A DNA stretch of 64,000 nucleotides, from assembly GCA_963666275.2 (NCBI GenBank), contig CAXXOA010000002.1, positions 480,001 to 544,000 of the forward strand. Reading direction: 5' to 3'. The position numbers were made by a program, and so were the translations under genes. This DNA is from Oceanispirochaeta sp. Lineage in GTDB: Bacteria > Spirochaetota > Spirochaetia > DSM-2461. Shown here piece by piece: positions 57,842 through 64,000 of the stretch (position 1 is its first letter; each line of letters begins with the position of its first letter). The notes below the pieces were generated by a model. It worked only from the letters and a program-made list of their open reading frames with translations, did no database searches and was not told the origin of the DNA.

Positions 57842-57870
57842 TTGACAGGAAATCCCCAAGTGGCTAAAAT
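57842..57870 (+). promoter_or_regulatory. sigma70 promoter of pheST leader
   Basis: TTGACA(57842-57847)-17-TAAAAT(57865-57870). Confidence 0.8.
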
Positions 57871-57880
57871 ATTTCACAAT

Positions 57881-57967
57881 ATGAAAAAGCCCGTATTCTT
57901 TTTTTACTTTTTTAATTTCTTTTTCTTTTTCAGCTTTACCGACAGGAAGAAGCCCGGGCTTGGTTAA
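57881..57967 (+). CDS. Phe-rich attenuator leader peptide (PheM-analogous), 28 aa MKKPVFFFYFFNFFFFFSFTDRKKPGLG
   Basis: Manual translation; 11 Phe among 14 consecutive codons; lies between the promoter and the terminator upstream of pheS. Confidence 0.85.
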   Translation: MKKPVFFFYFFNFFFFFSFTDRKKPGLG

Positions 57968-57980
57968 GGAACGGTAGTTC

Positions 57981-58036
57981 AAGAGAGCCGCAGAGAGTTT
58001 CTTCAGACGAACGAAACTTACTGCGGCTCTTTTTTT
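57981..58036 (+). terminator. Attenuator terminator upstream of pheS
   Basis: AGAGCCGCAG..AGTTTC.TTC-AGAC-GAA.GAAACT..CTGCGGCTCT followed by a T-run. Confidence 0.85.
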
Positions 58037-58106
58037 GCCATATAAAAAATCCAAAAGCCGGTTAGCCCTCAACGGAAGGGACCCGGTAAAATATGAGAGG
58101 TCCGGA

Positions 58107-59150
58107 ATGGAACAAAATCTGGAAGATCTTAAGAAGGAGTTTGCCCAGGCCATTGAATCGGTCACTGACCGGTCTGCCCTGGTAAACCTGAAAGCCGATT
58201 ACCTTGGAAAAAAGGGAAAGCTCAATGCTATCCTCAAATCACTGAAGGATGCCTCCCCTGAGGTTAAAAAATCCCTTGGTATGAAGTCCAATCAGCTGAA
58301 GGAAGAGATCCTGGCGGAAGTGGATCAGAAAATGACTCAGCTGGAAACAGCGGAGATCAATGAAAAACTACTGAAAAACTGGCAGGACGTTTCTTTCAGG
58401 AATTCAATCCGTGATCAGGGGCTCAATGCCGCAGGGTTTCACCCGGTCTCTCTCATACAGAGAGAACTGGAGGAAATCTTCCAGTCTATGGGTTTCTCTA
58501 TTCTGGACGGCCCCCATATCGAAAATGAATACTATAACTTTGAAGCTCTTAACATACCGGCGAGTCATCCCGCCAGGGACATGCAGGATACCTTCTGGTT
58601 TACCGATAAAAAACATCTTCTCCGGACCCATACTTCCAACATGCAGATCCGGGGTATGGAGATGCACAAGCCTCCCTTTAAATTCGTAGGGGCCGGTAAG
58701 GTTTTCCGCTGTGAGACCCTGGATGCCAGCCACGAGGCAGCGTTCCATCAGATGGAGGGAATGATGGTGGGAAAGGATATTTCCGTTTCCCATATGATTC
58801 ACTTCCTGAGAACCCTTCTGTCGGAGATCTTCAAAAAAGAGATCAATGTCAGACTCCGTCCCGGATTCTTCCCCTTTGTAGAGCCCGGATTCGAGCTGGA
58901 CTACGAATGTTTGCTCTGCGGCGGTAAAGGCTGCAGCGTCTGTAAACAGGTAGGATGGGTCGAAGCTCTGGGTTGCGGAATGGTCCATCCCAATGTGCTG
59001 GAAGCCGGCGGGATTGATCCCAAAGAGTGGAACGGCTTCGCCTTCGGTATCGGTGTGGACCGTCTGACCATGATGCGCTATCACATTGACGATGTAAGGT
59101 ATCTCCATAGCGGGGATCTGCGGTTTTCAGAACAGTTCAAGGCCTACTAG
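58107..59150 (+). CDS. pheS: Phenylalanine--tRNA ligase alpha subunit (bacterial type)
   Basis: HPARDMQDTF, LRTHTS, FHQMEG, FFPFVEP, GCGMVHP, FAFGIGVDR; SD GAGG before ATG 58107. Confidence 0.97.
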   Translation: MEQNLEDLKKEFAQAIESVTDRSALVNLKADYLGKKGKLNAILKSLKDASPEVKKSLGMKSNQLKEEILAEVDQKMTQLETAEINEKLLKNWQDVSFRNSIRDQGLNAAGFHPVSLIQRELEEIFQSMGFSILDGPHIENEYYNFEALNIPASHPARDMQDTFWFTDKKHLLRTHTSNMQIRGMEMHKPPFKFVGAGKVFRCETLDASHEAAFHQMEGMMVGKDISVSHMIHFLRTLLSEIFKKEINVRLRPGFFPFVEPGFELDYECLLCGGKGCSVCKQVGWVEALGCGMVHPNVLEAGGIDPKEWNGFAFGIGVDRLTMMRYHIDDVRYLHSGDLRFSEQFKAY

Positions 59151-59160
59151 GAAGGGAAAT

Positions 59161-61578
59161 ATGAAGATAAGCTTAGATTGGATTAAAGAATTCACCGATA
59201 TACCATCAGATATAACAGCCCAGGAACTGGGTATGAAATTCACTCTTTCCACCTGTGAGGTTGAGGGAGTGGAAGCGACCAACGAGCATATGGATGCCGT
59301 AACGGTTGCTCAGATCACAGCTATTGAGCCCCATCCCGATGCGGATAAGCTGAACCTTGTCTCTTTTAAGACGGCAGAGGGTGAAAAAAAGGTTGTCTGC
59401 GGCGCTCCCAATGTGGCAGTGGGACTGAAAGTTCCTTTTGCTCCCATAGGAACCACCCTGCCCGGCGGATTCACCCTGGAACCCAAGAAGATCCGGGGTA
59501 TTCTCAGCGAAGGTATGCTCTGTGCTGAAGATGAACTGGGACTGGGAGATGGTCATGAGGGACTTCTCGTCCTTCCCGAGGATGCAGTTATAGGTACAAC
59601 CATGAGTGAACTGATGGGACTGAAAAAGGATGTCCTTCTGGATATCGATAATAAGTCCATTACCCACAGACCCGACCTCTGGGGCCACTACGGTATGGCC
59701 AGAGAGTTTGCCGCGGTTTTTAAAAATCCCCTGAAGAAGCCTTTCAGTGACGAGTGGATGGCAAAAATGCGGGGATATTTCACTTCCGATGCTTCTCCGG
59801 TTACCATCTCGGTTGAAGAGGGCTCTGCCTGTCTGGGATACCTGGGACTGAGCGTCGACAATGTTACTGTCAAGCCGAGCCCCTCCTGGATGCAGCAGCG
59901 TCTGATCGCCTGCGGCCTGCGGCCCATTAATAATATTGTTGATATTTCCAACTATGTGATGCTGGAACTGGGGCAGCCCAACCACCTTTTTGACCGGGAT
60001 ACGATCCGGGGAGGCAGGATCATTGTCAAAGAGATGGGAGAGGAAATCACCTTTACCACTCTGGATGAGATGGAACGAAAGATCCTTCCCGGTGATACCA
60101 TGGTCTGTGATACCGAAGGCCCTTCGGTCATCGGCGGTATTATGGGCGGACTCACAAGCAGTGTGAAAGAGGATACCAGCAGAATCTTCATCGAAGCGGC
60201 GAACTGGATCGATGCCAGGATCCGCCATACATCCACCAGGCTGGGACTGAGAACAGATTCCAGTCAGAGGTATGAGAAATCCCTGGATACCAATCAGCTT
60301 GAAAAAGCAGTTCTCAGGATCCTGGAACTGGTCCTGGAAAGCTGTCCCGAAGCGAAAGTGGTGGGAAAAATTGAATCGGACGGGATTATTCCCACTCCGG
60401 AACTTAAAATCTCTCTGGATTCTGCAAGGGTAAACTCCATTCTGGGGACAAGCCTGAGTGCGGCGGAAATCACAGAGAATCTGGAAGCTCTGGATTTTAT
60501 TGTGGAACCTGCGGGGGATCTGCTGATGGTCACTGTTCCCAGTTTCCGTGCCACCAAGGATGTGGAAGTGGATGCGGACCTCATCGAAGAGGTGGGAAGA
60601 GTCTACGGTTACGACAAACTTGTTCCCCAGGCTCCGCTCAGTGCCGTTTCTGCTGTGAATCTGACTCCGGCTAAAAAAATTCAGAGAAAGGTTCTGGACT
60701 ATATGGTGTACAGAGGACAGGCTCTGGAAGTCTATACCTATCCCATGGTGGGAGAGAAACTTCTGGATCAGGCTATGTGGCCTGTCAGAAATGAGAGCCT
60801 CAAACTGGTGAATGCCATCAGCCCCGAGCATGACAGGATGCGTCCTTCCATGATTCCCAGTCTTATCCAGTCCGCCTCTCTGAACCAGAAAAACTGGAAC
60901 AGTTTCAGAATGTTTGAACTGGGACGCTCCTACAGGGAAGATGAAAAAGAGTTCTCCCGGGAACTCTATCAGCTGGGTGCGGTTTTTTATGACAGAAAAG
61001 GGTCTCCCTTTCTGGATGCGGCTAATGTGATGGAAGGACTTCTCAATTCTCTGAACCTGCCTTTCCGTATCAGCGCATCCTATAACCCGGCCAATTCTCT
61101 GCTTCCTGAAAACTGGGCCGGTCTGCACCCCACGGACTTCCTGGACATTCAGGTAATGGGCAGAAGCTGCGGATTTGTTTCAACCATTCATCCCCTGGTG
61201 TGCCGGAACTTTAAAATCAAGGGGAATCTTGTCATGGCTGTTCTGGACCTCACATCCTTTCAGGATAAGGAGATGAAGGATAAAGCCAAATACAAACCTC
61301 TTTCCCGTTTTCCCTCTTCCACCTTTGACTGTACCGTTGTGGCTGATACCAGAACTCCGGTTGAGGATATTGTCAAAGCTCTGGGCCGCCTGAAAATGAA
61401 GGAACTGGACTGGGTTAAAATAGCCGATGTTTTCACTCTCAGCGAAGAGCAGAAAAGCGTGACTGTAAGAACATCATTTTCCGATCCTGAAAAAACCCTT
61501 TCCGGAGATTTTATTCGTCAGGCGGAAGACAAGGTCGTCTCTACCCTCAGAGATGCGGGATTCCCCCTGAAAATGTAG
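59161..61578 (+). CDS. pheT: Phenylalanine--tRNA ligase beta subunit (bacterial type, 805 aa)
   Basis: HPDADKL, VVCGAPN, SEGMLC, THRPD, NNIVDISNYVMLE.GQP, DLIEEVGR, C-terminal anticodon-binding domain. Confidence 0.97.
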   Translation: MKISLDWIKEFTDIPSDITAQELGMKFTLSTCEVEGVEATNEHMDAVTVAQITAIEPHPDADKLNLVSFKTAEGEKKVVCGAPNVAVGLKVPFAPIGTTLPGGFTLEPKKIRGILSEGMLCAEDELGLGDGHEGLLVLPEDAVIGTTMSELMGLKKDVLLDIDNKSITHRPDLWGHYGMAREFAAVFKNPLKKPFSDEWMAKMRGYFTSDASPVTISVEEGSACLGYLGLSVDNVTVKPSPSWMQQRLIACGLRPINNIVDISNYVMLELGQPNHLFDRDTIRGGRIIVKEMGEEITFTTLDEMERKILPGDTMVCDTEGPSVIGGIMGGLTSSVKEDTSRIFIEAANWIDARIRHTSTRLGLRTDSSQRYEKSLDTNQLEKAVLRILELVLESCPEAKVVGKIESDGIIPTPELKISLDSARVNSILGTSLSAAEITENLEALDFIVEPAGDLLMVTVPSFRATKDVEVDADLIEEVGRVYGYDKLVPQAPLSAVSAVNLTPAKKIQRKVLDYMVYRGQALEVYTYPMVGEKLLDQAMWPVRNESLKLVNAISPEHDRMRPSMIPSLIQSASLNQKNWNSFRMFELGRSYREDEKEFSRELYQLGAVFYDRKGSPFLDAANVMEGLLNSLNLPFRISASYNPANSLLPENWAGLHPTDFLDIQVMGRSCGFVSTIHPLVCRNFKIKGNLVMAVLDLTSFQDKEMKDKAKYKPLSRFPSSTFDCTVVADTRTPVEDIVKALGRLKMKELDWVKIADVFTLSEEQKSVTVRTSFSDPEKTLSGDFIRQAEDKVVSTLRDAGFPLKM

Positions 61579-61590
61579 TTGGAACTTCCT

Positions 61591-61626
61591 TCTCATTCCG
61601 GTAGCCTGAGGGCCGCCGGAGTGAGA
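61591..61626. terminator. Hairpin between convergent pheT and DUF1707 gene
   Basis: TCTCATTCCGG...CCGGAGTGAGA; U-tract weak. Confidence 0.45.
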
Positions 61627-61637
61627 TATTTCTTCGT

Positions 61638-62216
61638 CTATTTTTTTGTTTTTGCCTGGATACTGCCGAGCAGAACAAACCCTTCAATATGTATCAGAGG
61701 TCCGGCGGCTTCCGACTGGACCTTGTTTTCAATGGATCCCAGAAGGGGAACTCCTTTGGATGTGACCCTTACTCCGGGGGGAAACTTCATCTCCACACTT
61801 CCCATAAAGGCAAATGCGTGTATCACTGTGGTCCCTCTGGCAAACCGGGCTTCTCTGAAATCCAGAAGCTGGCTGCCCAGTATCGCCGCCACATCCAGTT
61901 TTCGGGGCACATCCCACTCTCCCTTCCTTGTATGACTGCCCAGAATGGTAAAGAAGGAATCATTTTCATTTTCACTGTCACCGGGGCTTTCCCTGTAGAA
62001 AGAGCTTTCCTGTTCAGTCTCCTCCTGCTGGGGAGGAAGATCTGCCACAAGGGATAAAAGGGTTGTTTTGTCATCGCTGCGGTTGAGGATGTCCAGCCGC
62101 TTTTCCAGCTCTTCAATAGAGATATGGTTATGCGCATAGGCCCACTGGAGATGCAGTTTCACCTCTTCTCTCAGTTCTTCGGGACTGATGCTCGCAAATC
62201 TATTCAGAATCGACAT
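61638..62216 (-). CDS. DUF1707 (SHOCT-like) + LiaF/DUF2154-like domain protein
   Basis: REEV...LQWAY....ISIEELEKRL...L..LVADLP; ILGS..R.G.W, LDFREA, MGSVE. Confidence 0.82.
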   Translation of the reverse strand: MSILNRFASISPEELREEVKLHLQWAYAHNHISIEELEKRLDILNRSDDKTTLLSLVADLPPQQEETEQESSFYRESPGDSENENDSFFTILGSHTRKGEWDVPRKLDVAAILGSQLLDFREARFARGTTVIHAFAFMGSVEMKFPPGVRVTSKGVPLLGSIENKVQSEAAGPLIHIEGFVLLGSIQAKTKK

Positions 62217-64000
62217 CGCTGCTCCTGTTCGTTTTTTCCACCGGAAATTCCATATGGAACGACAACCCTTCCTCCGGTGTGGTTTCCACTGAGATGTTTC
62301 CTCTCAGTTTCTGGGTTATTATATTATAAACAATGTGGAGGCCCAAACCTGTTCCTCCCTCTGAACGGGCCGTTGTATAAAACGGTTCGAAAATCTTTCC
62401 CGAAAGCTCTTCAGGAATCCCCTGACCGTTATCCCTGTATTTGATTATGATATCATCTGCCTCTCTGTAGCTGACAATACTGATCTTTCCGGAATCCCTG
62501 TTTTTAAATCCGTGTTTCAGCGAGTTCATAATCAGGTTGGAAAAAATCTGTGAGATTGTTCCAGGGTAAGTTGTAATCATGAGATCATCGGGGCAATCTA
62601 TTTCAATCAGGCAGGGTTTCTTTTTCAGCTCGGGATGGAGACTTTTGATGATTTCCTGAAGGTACTGTTTCAGCAGAAAAGTCCGGATGGCTTCATCAGA
62701 CTGATCCACGGCCACCTGCTTGAAGACCTGAATCTGACTGGCTGCCCGTTCCAGGTTGGCTAGGATCATACTGCAGGACTCTCTGGTGCTGTCCATATAG
62801 TTTTTGAACTCTTCCTCAGTCAGCTCCTCCTGATCCATCAGGTTTTTCACTTTACTGGTTTTATCATCCAGATAGGAGGCAGCGGTAACGGCAATCCCCA
62901 GAGGTGTATTGATCTCATGTGCCACCCCGGCCACCAGGCGGCCCAGGGCAGCCATTTTTTCAGACTGGATCAACTGCTGCTGAGTCCCCTCCAGGTCTTT
63001 CAGGTATTTCTGAAGGGTACCCGTCCTGTCTTCCACCTGCCTTTCCAGATTTTCATTCAGCTTTTTAAGCTGATCTTCCATGTTTTTTCTTTCTGTAATA
63101 TCTCTCCCTTCGGGAAGGATAAACCTGACTTTCCCCTGGCTGTCAAAAACAGGACTGACCGAAATATCATAAAAGCGTTTTGTTCCGTCCTGATTGATAT
63201 ACACAGTCTCAAACCGCCTGTTCTCTCCATAGGATGCTTCTTCCAGAATGTCTCTGATCCTTTTTTTTTCATTGCCGGAATTGCTCAACCAGGGGGAGTC
63301 CCAGAAGCTCTGCCCTTTGACTTCCTCCAGTGTACTGCCAATAACATCCAGAGCGATTTTATTGGCCTGCAGAATCCTTCCTTTTCTATCCAGAATTCCC
63401 ACCAGCTGGGTTGTACTTGTAAAGATGGTTTTAAAGAGCTGGGCTGTTTCTCCTTCTTTCTCTCGGAGGAGTTCATACTGTTTTTTCAGGGAAGAAATTT
63501 TATATGTCAGAAATGCGGTAATCCCGAGTATCAGCAGCAGCATCGTATATCCCAGCAGCAGAATCCTGCGGATCTGAAAACTTTTCAGAGAAGAGATTTC
63601 GTCTGGGTAAAAACCGGTTCCGATAATCCAGTCCCAGTCTTCAAAAAGGGTCACATAGGATATCTTTACGGCAATAATTCCGGGGTCATCGTATTTCTGA
63701 TAGGAGTATGTTACATATCCGCTTTTTTCCGCTTCAACAATCGCCCCCATCTCCTTGTAGATTTTTTTTCCTTCGATATCCTCGTACTCTCCGATATACT
63801 GTCCCAGAAGATCTTTCATGTAGGGATGAACAATCATATCCGGTCTTGTCGTCATTACCCAGAAATAGTTTCTCCTGTCCTGCCCGTAGCGAAGGGAGTC
63901 AATCATTTCACTGGCCTGTTCCTGTGCTTTTTCCAGAGAGAGTTCTCCGGAATCCACACGGCTCTGCAAGTTTGTCAGGAGGGATATTATAGTAACAGTC
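62200..64000 (-). CDS. Sensor histidine kinase with Cache and PAS domains (5' end outside window)
   Basis: YFWV..MIVHP..W.WIIGTG (Cache), PAS (EGRDITERK), SEKMAALG.LVAGVAHEINTPL, NL.MNS.KH, DNG.GI, GGTGLGL. Confidence 0.92.
   Translation of the reverse strand, partial: TVTIISLLTNLQSRVDSGELSLEKAQEQASEMIDSLRYGQDRRNYFWVMTTRPDMIVHPYMKDLLGQYIGEYEDIEGKKIYKEMGAIVEAEKSGYVTYSYQKYDDPGIIAVKISYVTLFEDWDWIIGTGFYPDEISSLKSFQIRRILLLGYTMLLLILGITAFLTYKISSLKKQYELLREKEGETAQLFKTIFTSTTQLVGILDRKGRILQANKIALDVIGSTLEEVKGQSFWDSPWLSNSGNEKKRIRDILEEASYGENRRFETVYINQDGTKRFYDISVSPVFDSQGKVRFILPEGRDITERKNMEDQLKKLNENLERQVEDRTGTLQKYLKDLEGTQQQLIQSEKMAALGRLVAGVAHEINTPLGIAVTAASYLDDKTSKVKNLMDQEELTEEEFKNYMDSTRESCSMILANLERAASQIQVFKQVAVDQSDEAIRTFLLKQYLQEIIKSLHPELKKKPCLIEIDCPDDLMITTYPGTISQIFSNLIMNSLKHGFKNRDSGKISIVSYREADDIIIKYRDNGQGIPEELSGKIFEPFYTTARSEGGTGLGLHIVYNIITQKLRGNISVETTPEEGLSFHMEFPVEKTNRSSDVDSE

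Noticed and set aside
57880..58036. T-box riboswitch for pheST
   Set aside because: No AAxxxGGGTGGxACC T-box motif or specifier stem; the leader peptide explains the region better.
59206..61128. Long antisense ORFs (640 aa opposite pheT; also 23687-24757, 18972-19910, 54110-55210, 32351-33298, 35959-36885)
   Set aside because: Shadow frames of well-supported genes, with no recognisable motifs.

Overview
Chromosomal, housekeeping-rich window that looks like a free-living Spirochaetaceae-type bacterium. This is inferred from gene content: FapA/DUF342, WG-repeat lipoprotein, TraB-family protein, STAS-Zn-ribbon protein, DUF2259 and a large GH13 protein. About 45 CDS are supported, including aspartokinase (partial), murA, rsmE, ctpA, lgt, proS, lysA, pyrC, hisA/hisE, nfnAB, ald+Lrp, a CCC-family transporter, a large CoA-activase fusion, mnmA, nnr, radA, tandem cyclophilin-FKBP PPIases, pheST and a Cache/PAS histidine kinase. 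I saw no rRNA, tRNA, CRISPR array or transposase. The most interesting signals are non-coding or below the ORF-track cutoff: (1) a 28-codon leader peptide with 11 Phe codons, starting almost at the predicted transcription start and followed by a terminator, in front of a bacterial-type pheST (ribosome-mediated attenuator); (2) an oriC-like element of five same-strand DnaA boxes bracketing a very AT-rich core, with no dnaA in the window and an atypical response regulator ending inside one box; (3) a sigma54 promoter with an upstream inverted repeat before a polyprenol/dolichol-kinase-like gene, plus an HTH-less sigma54 activator nearby; (4) recurrent leaderless-type sigma70 promoters. Product calls come from motif recognition by eye; no database searches were run.
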